Origin: Lama glama
Lineage: Eukaryota
Length of the DNA stretch: 64,000 nt
Assembly: GCA_028534125.1 (NCBI GenBank)
Contig: CM052817.1
Span: forward strand, 42,844,001-42,908,000
Direction of reading: 5' to 3'
Shown piece by piece: positions 23,501 to 36,570 of the stretch. The position numbers and the translations under genes are program-made. The notes below the pieces were generated by a model. It saw only the letters and a program-made list of their open reading frames with translations, did not search any database and had not been told where the DNA came from. The stretch's first letter is position 1. The number at the start of each line of letters is the position of its first letter.

Positions 23501-26159
23501 CCCAAACATCTCAGCATCCTCTCAATCAGTTCTTTGAAAAATATCAGTTTGCCACTTCAGCTGCTTTCTAAATACATACAGTCTTCCCATCGTGACTTCA
23601 CTAGCCATTAAATTTCAAAACCCCAAAGAAAGACTCCTACATGTGAATTATGGGAGAAAGGTGCCATTTGAGTGGAAATACAGAGACCAGCTGTCTTGGC
23701 ATTGTGCATTCTGCGAAAGATTTGTGACTTTGTTAGGATATTGAGCTGGTTCCTTTAATGAGGAAATGAAACAGAACTGATGTTCTGCCAAACATGGTGG
23801 CCCATGTATAAAAGCATGAAATGTATACAATACTGCCTCTTGGAGAAAAAAGAAAATAAAAAGAGAGAACCCAAAAGAAAAGAAAAATTATGTCAAATGG
23901 AATATGTTCCCCAATCTTCCAATTAAAAACAAACTTAGACATGTAAAATTCATTAGAAAAACTAATCTCTACAAAGACATTTTATCTATAGCTTTTTCAG
24001 TGCAGAAAATACCCACTCAGAAGTCCAAAAGTAAATTAAAAATATATATAGTCAATAAAATTGTTTGGGTCTACAAAATACAAAAGAATTTATTTTCTTA
24101 TTTTGCCAACTAACTGATTCAACTTCATATAATTAACTTGCTGGTTTCAGGTAAATCTGTCTACATTACATCCAGGAAGTAAACTTATATATCAGCTTCT
24201 ATTTATCTTCTAGAAATATATGTATTTATTTCCACAAAAGACACTTTTCACTGCCAAAGGTGAGGCGATAAAAGTTCTTAGCAAAAAATTATGTACAACA
24301 CTTGCTAGGAAATAGCTGGTCTTCTTCTGAGGGTCCACTCTGCTCCGTCTGACTCATGGAGACCAAAGAAGCTAACCAATGGATGAATTAAGACCCTAAA
24401 AAGATACAACAGATCTCTTTTCACTACTTGTACCCAGCAGTTAAAGCCAGGGGTTCTCAAGTGTTTCAAAACCACAGAGATCTGAGAGAATGGAACTGAC
24501 CAAATCTCAAATTCTGTATTACTCACTGAATAAATCACCTGTGAGTTCAGTTTCTTTGTTATCTGGTATTCTCTGTTTTCCGATTATCTTTTATTTTAGG
24601 AACTCTTCTTAGTGACTTTATTTCCCCCAGGCTACTTTCCATAAAAATGCCAGGCAGCATCTTTGTGGCTGTTTGTCACATTTAAAAAAACTTCCCTGCC
24701 CCTAAAAAAGGGCTGTTTCTTTAATCTCTACCTACCATTTAAGGAAATCACTGAAGGATGACCTGAAAATGAGCATTTATCTTCATATAATATGAACTTC
24801 ATCAAAATAAGTTGCAATATTTTACTTCCTATTTGAAAAATGTTCTGCAGACATTAGTTTCCTAGGAAAGGCAGGCTCTGGATATGTTTTGACTGTTATA
24901 GAAGCATCAGATCTTTCAATAAAAGAAGCCATCTCTGTCTTATGTGGCTCTTAATAGAAATGTAGGTGATACAGAGAATGTGAAAGCCAGCATTTTGAAT
25001 GCTTATAAGTGAGTGCCATTGTCCAGGTAGAGCAGTACTAAGTTGTGAAAAGTCAAAACTCAGGATGTGTCACATCTCCACCCTCATTTAAAATTATCTG
25101 TTGATGAAAATCAGAAATTACAAATATTATATCACCACGATGAGAAATTTAAAACAATCTTAGAATGCTAGAGGTACAGATATATTGCAAACAAGATGGA
25201 ACTTAGTGAGATACAATGAATCGTATTTTACTTAAGAGAAGAGAACAAATGGCTTAACAGCGTGGGGAAGCTAAACACTTGCATTTGCAAATACAAGAAA
25301 AGATGGCCGTTAACAGCATAATAAAAGCCAAGGATGAATATTGGAGACGGGCAATATTATCTTTAGGCACCTCTTCAGGGTATTAGAACACATAACAAGA
25401 TGGCGCCCTTGTGAAATCTTGGGGGAATCTTCTTTCTGCAATGGTAAAGAGTTCACCTTTTATTAAAGAGGAATTTCTCCCCCAATTTTAATCATTGATA
25501 CATGAAAATATTTCCCTGGACAAATAGGTTTGAGAATCACTGGATGAAAGAGGTTTCTCAATTTTGGGACTTCTTAAAGCACTGCTATTATCAATGTGCA
25601 AAATAAATCTCCCAGCAGGAGTCTTCTATTTTGAGTTTCCCAACTTATTTGACCATGAAATCCTTTTAACCCAGGGTGAGACATTCAAGTTCCACAAAAG
25701 TCACTGAAAAGTGGCCATTATTACTACTGCATCTTTTTAGACCCCATTCTTTCTAACTAAACTTTATTTACCACCTGAATAGTGAACCCTAAAAAACATT
25801 GAAGTTTAAGACAGTTTTCTTCTGCAAAGAATTTGTTTCTTCCATTTCAGATCTCTGCAGCTGCATGCAACGCCAGAACAGAAACTTTTTCCCCAAGGTG
25901 ACATAATGTTTCAAGAGAAAGTCAGGAGAGGACAGTAGTTATGTTGTACACCTTTGAGATCTAAAGTCTTACAGCTATTAATTTTCTTCACATAGAGAGG
26001 ACTCACACATTATTTGAGATGGTGCTAGGATCTATGCAGATCCTTTAACACACTTCAAATTCATGTTCAGAGAAGAAAAATGTTACCTCAACAAGAACAA
26101 GAATGGGGTGTCAGAAGCCTATTTTTCTTGATTACATCTAGATAATTCCTGGAAAGGCA

Positions 26160-26286
26160 TTCTAGAATAAAAGCTCCATGAGGTCCAGGACTTTGTTCAC
26201 CACTGTTTACACAGAGCCTCCTACAGGGCTTGGCACATAGTGGAAGCTCAATAAATGTCAGTTGAACTTGATTAAATAAATGAATC
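26160..26286 (+). mobile_element. L2 3' terminus
   Basis: AAGCTCCATGAGG...TGGCACATAGTGGAAGCTCAATAAATGT...AAATGAAT. Confidence 0.85.
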
Positions 26287-27044
26287 TGAAGTATTTAATA
26301 CAGATATTATAGTATAGAATCATGGTGTATATTTAGCTCTTAAGTTTTTTCGGTAGTTAAATAGGTAACACAGAAATCATTTAGCTTCTGTCTATAGACT
26401 CACTATTGGCACCAGTTATTGAAAAGCACTTTATTATTCTTTCTCGACACAAACGCATCCATTAGAATGATGAGTTGAAGTGCTCATTAGTCAACCTGAA
26501 TACTAAAAGTGGTGGAGGTCAGCTCACTCAAAGCCTGACCTTTCCAAACATTTTGCTTCTTAAAAAAAAAAAATAGACAACACTCCCCTCCCTAATCTTC
26601 CGTCTTTGATCCTCTGGTTAATTGGGGAGCAATCCCTCTTTTAACTTTGCCAAATATTGCAGAATATTTTCAGTAAATGTCACCACAAATTGAAAGCAAC
26701 ACTAACGTGGTAGATGCGTTTCATTTTCCCATCACGTGTAACAAACTTAGTCTTTGCTCTTGTGCTTCCCCCATTAGTACTGATTTTCCAAGTTGAGAAC
26801 GGACGGCAGAAAAAGACTCATTTAAACATTCTCACCCCTTGGCCTCACCAAGAGCTTAATTGTTGTCATGAACACACAACGGAGATTCTTAATACCTTAA
26901 GAATAAACATTTATGCTACTATTCTGCTTGTATTGTGCCCTCATTATCCTTATATTTTATATTGCAGAAATGATGAATTTCACATGCTTGTGAAGCAAGG
27001 GAAAACCAATAGTTCTGTGATTGCGAATCTTCTTTATCCGTAGG

Positions 27045-27190
27045 ACAATTTCTGTCCCAACAGTTATTACTTATGACTCTGGGTTCATCCTCTAATTTCT
27101 CTGATCCTTGATTTTTGTCTCTAAAAATGGGGTATTACTCAGCTCAAGGAATTTCTTTAAGGATTAAGTCAGAAAATACATGAAACTACC
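27045..27190 (+). mobile_element. MIR fragment
   Basis: TCTCTAAAAATGGGGTATTA...AAGGATTAAGTCAGAAAATACATGAAA. Confidence 0.55.
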
Positions 27191-28068
27191 TCACTGAAGG
27201 TATGTTTAAGTATTTCCATTTGGCGGCTTTGGAGTATGAGGCAAAATTATGAGAGTATCAGCAGATGAGCCTTAACAAAAGCAGTACATTTTAGAAAATG
27301 AATCCTATACCCGGCACAGATTTAAGTGTCCAAACCACCCACACACCAACTTCAACTCCACATTTTAGTGAAAAATTAGTATCAGCCTAAGTGTCTTAAT
27401 CTTTTTCCTCTCTCAAAAGCAGGCAAAACAAGAGGACACAGAATCAGGAGGAGGTTACATAGCTTCAAATCAGCAGCACAAGGTCAGAGACTAATAAACT
27501 ACAGGACTGTTAACCAAGAAACTTAACTATAATGTGCCCCTGGAGTAAAATTCCTCCTTAATGGAAACCACCTTATGGTCTTTCAGTCTCCTTCCCGTTC
27601 ACTGTAGTCAATCATGACCACAGCATGTGTAATTTCTTCCTGGAACTTTCTAAGGAGTGAAGGAAAATCACTCAGAACCAGATTTAACTTTCTACCCCTA
27701 GCCTTCCAGGTGAGGGCACGGAGTCCACTAGTGCTGGACAGCAGTGGCTGCACCACCCACATCGCCTGCTCAGGGCAAGTGCATGGACCACAGGAAAGTC
27801 CCAGGTGTGAGCCACAGCAGGTGCCTCCCCAGCCCCCTTGTCTTCCCTTTTACCCAGGAGAAAACTGAGGATCAGAGAAGTGGGCACAGGTTGTCATAGA
27901 CAGAATCTGGACACAAAGGAGCATCCTCTCTACCAAACAGGAATACATTCCAGGCAAGAGGAAAAGAATTTAGATTTCATTCACCCATAGTAGAGGGTAA
28001 AGCAGGTTATATAAACTAAAAATCTGTGAACTCGTAACTTTTTCACCCTTGAAAACATATGTGGTCCA

Positions 28069-28094
<26 letters not shown>
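28069..28094. repeat. (TG)13 microsatellite
   Basis: Direct read. Confidence 0.95.
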
Positions 28095-28101
<7 letters not shown>

Positions 28102-28919
28102 TCCTTTATCAAAATTTATAATTCCTTTTATTAGTATAGCACACCTCACTTTGTTTTTAAAGGGTAGAGTTTTGTATTTGTAAACTTTTACCTGAAGCAA
28201 CAAACTCCATTTGCTAATTTTCGATAAGTTAAAGACCTAATACATACTCAGAATCACCAGGAAGCATCTCATCGTCTTTAATGGGGAAATAGTATATTCT
28301 TGTTATTGCATTTGCCCTGGGTTTCTGCCTGGTACAGAACAAAAGAAATGTTTCCCTCTGTTTCCTGGGAAGCTATTTTTTTTTTTTAAATCATGAAGAC
28401 CTCAGTATTTTCCCTCATTCTCCTGCCTTACCCAAGAGACTCAAAAGGATTTAGACCAGTGTGGGGGTCATATAAAGAATAGTAAACAATGGCTTGGTTT
28501 TGCTAAGATGGCATTTGAGACCATTGTGCATAGTTCTGGACTACCTTTGAAGAATAACACCCCTTGCTAGAGCTTTAGAAAGAATGCAGTCAGTAACATG
28601 ACAAAATGTAAATCCACCTCAAGGCAGATATTATTGGATCACTGCCTTAAAATTACTTTACCAAATTTTAGTTTTAACATTCAGAGTTCTAGCATAGGAA
28701 AGAGTGGCTAAACAACTTTCCCAGTGGCAAGCTGGAGAATTTTTCCCCTCTCCTAAGTAATTATTAAGGATGACTGCTATTTCCCTACTGAAAATGACTT
28801 TGACGCAAAAAACAAAAAGCAAACAAAAAATCAAGAATATGGAATAGTACATGTGGAAAAATATCAAAATCTTACACTTTTAAACCTACAAAATAAATAA
28901 AATGAAAATTAAGACTTGT

Positions 28920-29527
28920 TTAAATGATCATATCATATTTATCTTTGGATAAAACCTGTCCGTGGCTTCCGCCTGCATTTAGAATAAGAACTTAACACCT
29001 GCCACAGTCACGAAAATCTGAACACTGCAAACCCAAACTCTTCCCCCCTCTCCCCCCCAGCCTCCACTACCCCTCTAGCTCTCTATGCTTCCATCTCATT
29101 GGCCTTCTTGCAACTTCAGGAGTTCCCCGAGGTCTTTCCTGCTTAGGGTTTTCACACGTGCACATCCTTCTTCCTGGGATGATTTCTTTCATAACTTTGC
29201 GCGGCAGTCTCCTTATCCTTCACACTCCAGCACAAATGTCAGATCAGAGGCCTTTCCTATCTTCCAAGCTAAAGTAAACCTCCATCACCACTACCACCAA
29301 AGTTCCCCCCTCTCTCTCTGGGTACTCAGTTCTTTTGTTTCATAGCATGCATCACAAAGTACATGCACGTGTGTGTCTGTGGATATTTATTGTACATCTT
29401 CCCCACTGGACTTGAAGTCCCATGAGAGCCGGGAACATGCCTCTGTTGTAGAAAACAACATGCCCAGTATCTAGCGCGGTAGGTAAAGCACATGGTAGGC
29501 ACTCAGTAAATATTTGTTGGATGAATA
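28920..29527 (+). mobile_element. L2 (L2a-like) 3' 600 bp
   Basis: Collinear L2 motifs ending GCACATGGTAGGCACTCAGTAAATATTTGTTGGATGAAT. Confidence 0.85.
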
Positions 29528-31312
29528 GAAGCTCTCCATGACCTTTGATTATCCTTCATTACATATTTCTCCAGAATATTTGAGGCAGGTAATCATTTGA
29601 ACTATTATCTAAGCCTTTTATCGAATTAGCAAAATGAACATTTGAAAATATCCAATAACTGATTTAGTGACTCATATTTTGTGAAGTTAAATATCTTGAA
29701 TTTAACATCTGTATCATAATGTTTCCCAAACCACACAATTGATGAATAGTACTTGCCACTTCCTTAATTCATATATCAGACTTGTATCAACCCTTTTGCA
29801 AGTGAAAAATGTCTGTGATTCAAAGACATACCTAACCACTAAATAGGTACAAAACTTGGAATGAAATAAGCTGTAACTGTAGTCAGATTTCTGGGCTATG
29901 ACAGCTAGCAAAGGAGGTTTAAAATTCACTGGAAACTTTACATTAGAAATACCTCTAAATATTATTGTTCAAAATATGTATTGATTCACTTGTCTCTAGT
30001 TTTGTTCAATTTTACTTCTCATGTTCAATTCATATGCTGATAACATCTCCCATCTATGAGAACAATCAGATCAGCCTAAATGAGAAATGTCTCCAAAAGT
30101 CATTTATCTTCCCCCCAAGATATTAACATCTACATCTCTGTAGTGTTTTTATCTGGTTATTACCACAGTTATTATGAAAACTGGCCCCAAGTAGAGTAAG
30201 ACAAGTAGTCAACTTTTCCTCTTATCTCATTTGTGGGAAATTATTTTTCCCAGGAAGCTAAACTGCCTATAAGAGATAATTTACTTCAAAGGAACAATTA
30301 CTACCAAGAAGATACATCCTAAATCTCAACTTTCTACAGTATAATCTGACCTGTTCTTATTAGTACTAAAAAAATAAAATAAAAGTCTCATGGTATACAA
30401 AACAGAATTAGGCTTGGTACAAACTCACTTAAGAGAAACAATTATGTGAACTTCAAATTTCATACTATTAACTGTACTCTTCAAATGAGCTCATGACTGT
30501 CCACTCTCTAAGAACAGAAGAACACTGGGCTTCCCTTATAAACTTATATGTGAAAGAACATTTTCTTCCCCCCAAATGCACATTTCCTTGTTCAGCTTGA
30601 TTATTTCTTTTCATGTTTGTGTCATTCTTCTTTGGGGTAAAGTACAAAAGGAAGAGGGTCCTGCAGATTGGTTAAGAAAAAAAAGGACAGAGGAGGGGCC
30701 TGAGAAGTAATAGGGGAGGGACCCTCATCTGGACCCAGTTCCATCACTGGTTCAGATAGTCCCAAAGTAAAAATAAAATGTGATTAAAATGATAAAATGT
30801 GGTTGACCCTCAAAGCATTATGAACTGAAGACAAAGTTTCTTCCAATTATAGACACTCAATGAAATGACTTGGAAAAAAAATTCATACATAGACACACAT
30901 GTACATATGCAATATTAATATTTTGTAATTCCAAAAATAATTAAAACATGTTCTTTGATGCAACAACCTAATTTCTCACTTGAAGACAGAGATTAAAATT
31001 ACTATTTAACTGACTATATAATGGGCCTTACAGATGTCCATTCATTACAGGAAGATTCCCTGCAAAGTACAAGAGAACACCTGGTACCACAACTTAGGAA
31101 AACCCAGCAGAGAACTTCCTGATTGTACGAACTTCCTGATCATATGTGTACAGTAACAGGCTATGACCAAAATTTGAAAATATAATCTCTTGCCCTTGGG
31201 ATGTTTATGGGAAACAAAAGCATCGTCTTTCCCACATGACCTTCTGAGCTTCTGTAAACTCACAAGCGATGTCTGATTGTGACTATTGCTTATATAACAT
31301 TAATAAGTGCAC

Positions 31313-31729
31313 TATGATGATCAATTTTATGTGTCAATTTAGTTGGGCCACAGTACCAAGATATTTGGTCAAACATTATTCTAGATGTTTCTGTGAAGGT
31401 GTTTTTGGATGAGACGAACATTTAAAATGGTAGATTTGAGTCAAGTAGATTACTCTCCATTGTGTGAGTGGGCCACATGCAAACAGTTGAAGGCCTTAAT
31501 AGAACAAAGACTGACCTCTACCTGGAAGGACGGAATTCGGCCAGCAGATTGCCTTTGGACTCAAACTTTAACTCTTTCCTGAGTCTCTAGCCTGCCTGCC
31601 TCCCCCATCAGATTTAGGACTCACCAAGCCTCCAGAATCACATGTGCCGATTTATTAAAATAAATCTCTCTCTGTATAAAATCACACATCCCATTGGTTC
31701 TGTTTCTCCAGATAACCCCGAAAAATACA
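31313..31729 (+). mobile_element. ERVL solo LTR (MLT2D-like)
   Basis: AATTTTATGTGTCAA...GATATTTGGTCAAACATTATTCTAGATG...ATTGGTTCTGTTTCTC; perfect 5-bp TSD TGCAC. Confidence 0.95.
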
Positions 31730-34413
31730 TGCACAAACACAAAAAGTGATGCGTTACATTAACATCTATTTTGGCTCTCCTTTTATAACTGATTTTTAGA
31801 CATTATTTCCAAATTACCATTTAACATCATTTCAGCTTCACAAAGACTTGAGGTCAAAACCAGGAAGCTCTGGAGAGCTATGTGAACTTATTTATTTATG
31901 AAACCAGTTGGTGGGCATATGACATTGTCATCCAATTCATTTTCATTTTACCTGTGGCAAAATCAGTTCATGTGGACCTAATCTCTCCAAAAGGCAGACG
32001 ACTCCTGAACCCTGTAAGGGAAGACTCTATAAAGGATGCACAAAGCAGCTCTGTAGTGGGAACATTTCCCTCCTAGCTCCTCAATTAAACATAGCAGCAA
32101 AAGCAGCTGGAATTAAGGGAAAGGACAACTCTAGCACCCAGTAAGAGCCTTAGATGTAGTTTCTATTGTCAGGCAAAGTGCCGTTGGCTGAATTCATGTG
32201 AACTTACATTACAATAGGTATATAAAAAGGAGAGAGAGAAAAATCATAACAGAGAGGAATAACAGTGGAGCTGATTTTTTACAGCAGTTACCTCTGAAAA
32301 AGCTGCATGCACAGTCTATTGAGCATTGTGGCCAGAACTCTCAGCTTCAAGGTCTCCATGTCACAGATGGTTTATCCGGAGAAAAATGATAATGGCTGAA
32401 AACTGCGTGGGTTTTTATTGTTAATGGGGGCAAGGAAAGGAACAGACTGATACACCACGAATAATGAAAACATCATTCTCATTGTTATACAGCACAAATT
32501 ACAGATGAAGCAAACTGCTAACTTCAGGTACAATGGTTGTTGAAATAAGAAGTTTTATGATTTTAAGGACAAAGGAGAAAGGAGACCTGCCTCTTACCCC
32601 ACAACTCTCCACATCTAAGGCTCTGTGATTACTGTCAAGTGTCACTATCCAGGGAAAGGAAAGGGATGATAACCTGGGAATTTCTCTTAATGCCTCTTGA
32701 TGCACACAGTCAACCATCTTTGATTCTTTTTTGCTGCCAGAAGAAATATCAGTTGAGAACATTATGTAATTGGGTACGGTGTTATTTGATGCCAAAAAGT
32801 ATGTAAAATGACTATAAGAATGAGATAAGAATGCCCATGCATTTTTGTTATGATGTATTCAGGGTTCACCTTTTTCAAAACTGACCATGGTCAACAATTT
32901 TAGAGGCAGAATTTGTGTTCAGAATTAAGCAGCAAACTGTTCCAGCAAATCCTAGTGGGCAGTGTACGATGTCTTAACATCCAGAGGGTCACTTGCCAGA
33001 AATTATGTGCTTTAACAGGAAATTATTTTCCCTTCCTTTCAAGGAGAATTTACTGTCTTAAAGAAATTGAGTTATTCTATTTGTTTAAATATTCCTTATG
33101 TGCTTGGGAGGGGAAAGAAAGAGACACAGATAGTTCCTTTTCTACTTTATTTGCATTGAGATAAAAGATCTGCTTCAGCTCTTTTGTTTGAGTTCTTGGC
33201 TACCTTCTGCTTTTCTGGAAATTATCACACACACATTGTTTGCATGGTGACTAATGTGATTTCTCTCTTATTTAGAATCCACAGATGTTTTAGACCATCT
33301 TTGTTAATATACATCTTGATTTATGTCATATTTGATGCTTCAAAGTAAGAAGGCAACAGCTAAATGAGTTGATGCATCCAGTTGTAACTCCATCATGGTA
33401 ATTTTGCTCCTAAAGCAGTCTGGGGCTTTTAAATACAAACATTTGCATTCCTTCCTCTGGTCTTTAAGTAGCATTGGCTGGGAAGTTTCAAGGAAAGGAA
33501 CCACAGCAGGGACCAACCTTCCTGCTCTCTACCTGAGACTTTAAATCGTTCCCTGTGATCCACACCATAGGATTCTTACATGGGCTCTCAAAGATACGGA
33601 GACCTGGAGAGTGTATGAATGAATAGCATCAGGAAACTGTTCTTCCACCTTGTCTCATGTCACCCTTGCAACAGACACCTTGGCATCAGGAATGTGTTGC
33701 ATTTAAGGAACCAGTAAGCAGATATCCATATATAGTTTCAGTGTCTAATTCTCAAATAAATTGCCCCCAATTCTTCATGTTCTCTGAAAAGATTTCAACT
33801 AACTTTCCTTTAAAACCTGGTGATTTTATCTCAAAATCATATTCTATCTAACCTACTGAGATCACTAGAGACTCCCTCAATATTTAAAGAATTTGTTCTT
33901 CACACAATTTTGGGGCACCTGACTGAATGCTGAGAAGGAATCAGAGAAGGCAAGAGGTGGGCAACAGGAATGCCCAGGACTGGCCTGACAGGTCAGGGGA
34001 TGGGGGGGGGTCTTCCTCCCCCTGCACATCTGGGGTCTCCTCTATCTCCTGTAAGTGCCGTGGCCCCAGAATAAGGGCATCATTGTCATTTCCAACTTCC
34101 GGAACTTCAATAGCTCTTTCTAGCTCCAGGGCCAGCCGAAGCATCAAGGCCTGGCAAAAATCCCACTACATCATATAAATAACACAGTTCTTATCATTCC
34201 AAGTCAACATAAATAAAGCTAAGCTTGTGCTACTCTGTTTCTCTATATTATGAAACTGCCCAAATCCTTCTGATTTTATGGTTTTCAGTCTCTGGAATCA
34301 AGAGTGAAGTAGCATGGTTCTTTGGTTTGGTTTTGTATGTACTTTAAAATATCCTTCCTAAATAACAGAATACCACTTCCCAGTAAAAACTTAGTGGTAA
34401 TGAAGTTGATGTT

Positions 34414-34872
34414 TGTAGGGGTCAGGGTTCTCCAGAGAAACAGAACTCATAGGATGGCTGGATGGATAGAGAGACAGAGAGAGATGAGAGAGAGATGAGA
34501 GAGAGAGAGAGAGATTTATTACAGGACTATAGAGATTGAAATGGCTCACAATCTGTAAGCCGGGGAATGAGGAAAGTCAGAGGTGCAATTCAGAGTCCAA
34601 AGCCCTGAGAACCAGATCACTCATGTCCGAGGGCAGGGGAAGGTGATGTGCCAGCTCAAGCAAAGAGAGCAAATGAGCCCTTTCTCTGCCTTTTTGTTCT
34701 AGTTAGGCCCTTAGTGGAATAGATTATAACCAACCACATTGGTGAGGGTGATCTTTGCTCAGTCTACCAATTAAAATGCTAATCTCTCCTGGAAACACCC
34801 TCACAGACCCACCCACAGCTATCTGGGCATCCCTTAATCTAGACAAGTTTACACCTAAAATTCACCATCACA
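34414..34872 (-). mobile_element. ERVL solo LTR (MLT2B-like) with internal GA-rich repeat
   Basis: GTCAGGGTTCTCCAGAGAAACAGAAC start; ends AAAATTCACCATCACA. Confidence 0.9.
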
Positions 34873-35164
34873 GTTACTGTGCTTGCATTAGCTCATAGGC
34901 TTGGACTCATCAATGCTTAGAGATTTATTTGGTCTGAACAAGTACCATTAATCAATGTCCCAATCTTGGCACTTGGGGTAAAGGGCACTTATCAAGACTC
35001 TCCCCATGAAAGGTGAAAATATTACTTTCAACCTCCCAATTTTTAAAAGTTCTTAAAAACTATGCTTCAGAAAGACTTCTATTACCCCTTCACCATAGTA
35101 TTAGATGTTTAATAAATTGTACTGGAATTTTCTGAATCAGTACAGAGCAAACTGAAGGCCGAAT

Positions 35165-35420
35165 GGGGAAAACTTGGGAATCATATTTGATTTCTCTTTC
35201 TCTCTGCCCCACAATCTGTCAGCAAATTCCAATGGGTATACCCTCCACACGAAGAGAGTCTGACCACATCTCACCACTGCCACAATGGCCATCATGGCTC
35301 AAGCCATGGTAATCTCTCACCTGGATTACTACCATACCCTCCTTGCCTTGCCTCCAGTCTATATCCCAAGGGTCTGGTCTCAAGACTACTGGCTGTATCC
35401 TATCATGTCACTCCTCTGCC
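35165..35420 (+). mobile_element. L2 fragment
   Basis: CAATCTGTCAGCAAATTCC...TCAAGCCATGGTAATCTCTCACCTGGATTACT. Confidence 0.75.
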
Positions 35421-35439
35421 ATCTAGTTTTTGGCTCATG

Positions 35440-36480
35440 AAAGTTGCCTTCAGTCTAACAGTTGGCTTACAAAGATGCTTCTGGTATGCAGGTATCAAGA
35501 TCATCTCAAATCCTGTGAGCAACAGCACTTAAGATGTCTGGACACTCCCATTTACCCAGCATACAGTTACTCAAGTAAATTGCCAGGGGTCTCTTTCAAG
35601 AAGGGCTGCAGGAATCATCATGCTTCACCCCGGGAATACAGCATCTCCTTCAGTCAATGCATTCTGGGTCTGTAATCAGGCTCAGGTCTAGAATCTGGAC
35701 AGGGGATCACACATTTTTTATTGGGGTAACTGCTCTCAGCCTCTTGGTCATGCATTCCTCATGTCTTCTGATTATATAAATTAAGTAGTGCCCTTGTTAT
35801 CTTCCCATTTCTTCCACCTTTATGGACACTGTAGTGAACATGGAGATAGCTCTTAGATCCCCTTCAAAGGAGCACTTGTCCCACCTCCTGGGTTAAGTTA
35901 GTGGGCAGCCTTCAGGCATCCTTTAACCTTGCCATCCATTACAATAGTTACGTCCGTTCAAGTTCTGATGATTATGCCCTACTATCTGCCCTCTGTTATT
36001 CTGGAGTCCTATTATGCCCATTGCTCTCAGTGGGTGCAGTTCACAAGGGCATCTCCTTCTTTCAGCCCTGTGCTCAGAGCACAGCCACTAATGACGCTGG
36101 TACCCTTCTCATTACTATATCATTAGTCTCTCCCATAGGACATAGTCTTCTGCTGGGTGTCCAGTCTTACATAAGACATCTACTCTAGCATGCTCAGTTC
36201 TTTGAGCCTTTTTATTTCTGAAAGCTGCCTGCCAGTAACCCTTCTGGGGGAAGCAGTTATTCATCCAAAGGAAGATCTGTGTGGTCCATCACAGCAACCC
36301 CTTCAACACTTAACTAGGATTATAATGCTAATAAATAATAACCTGAGTTTGGAGCCCAGGCAGGCAGTTCAATACAGAACTCATGCCCCTTCCCACTATT
36401 TAGGAGTATCTAAGAAGTAGCCACATAGAGACATTTCTAATCTTTCATCCTGAAGTTAAACGAAAAGTCTTTAGTGGGGC
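35440..36480 (-). mobile_element. Degraded class III (ERVL-like) internal fragment: gag C-terminus to protease N-terminus
   Basis: Minus-strand translations KRLKELSMLE* (36212-36180), LRAMGIIGLQNNRGQIVGHNHQ (36030-35965) and ALLERDPWQFT*VTVCWVNGSVQTS*VLLLTGFEMILIP (35606-35490) resemble ERV-L Gag and the protease LLDTG region, in the correct order. Confidence 0.8.
35830..35935 (+). mobile_element. LTR33-like 5' fragment within the ERVL remnant
   Basis: TGTAGTGAACATGGAGATAGCTCTTAGATCCCCTTCAAAG...GTTAGTGGGCAGCCTTCAG. Confidence 0.55.
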
Positions 36481-36570
36481 TAGGAGAGCCCAGGAGTCAT
36501 TCTTCACTAGTGAATACCACCGCTTCTAAATCATGCATATGGACATGCACAGCTGGAAGAAGCTGCCACA

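Noticed and set aside
25300..25410. Two YY1-like AAGATGGC motifs
   Set aside because: Short motifs with no promoter context, beside probable degraded hAT sequence.
24449..25720. Possible hAT/Charlie-type termini (CAGGGGTTCTCAA, TTTGAGAATCACTG)
   Set aside because: Too degenerate to delimit or name by eye.
33927..34178. GC-rich patch with ORFs on both strands
   Set aside because: No splice context, no known similarity and not a CpG island.
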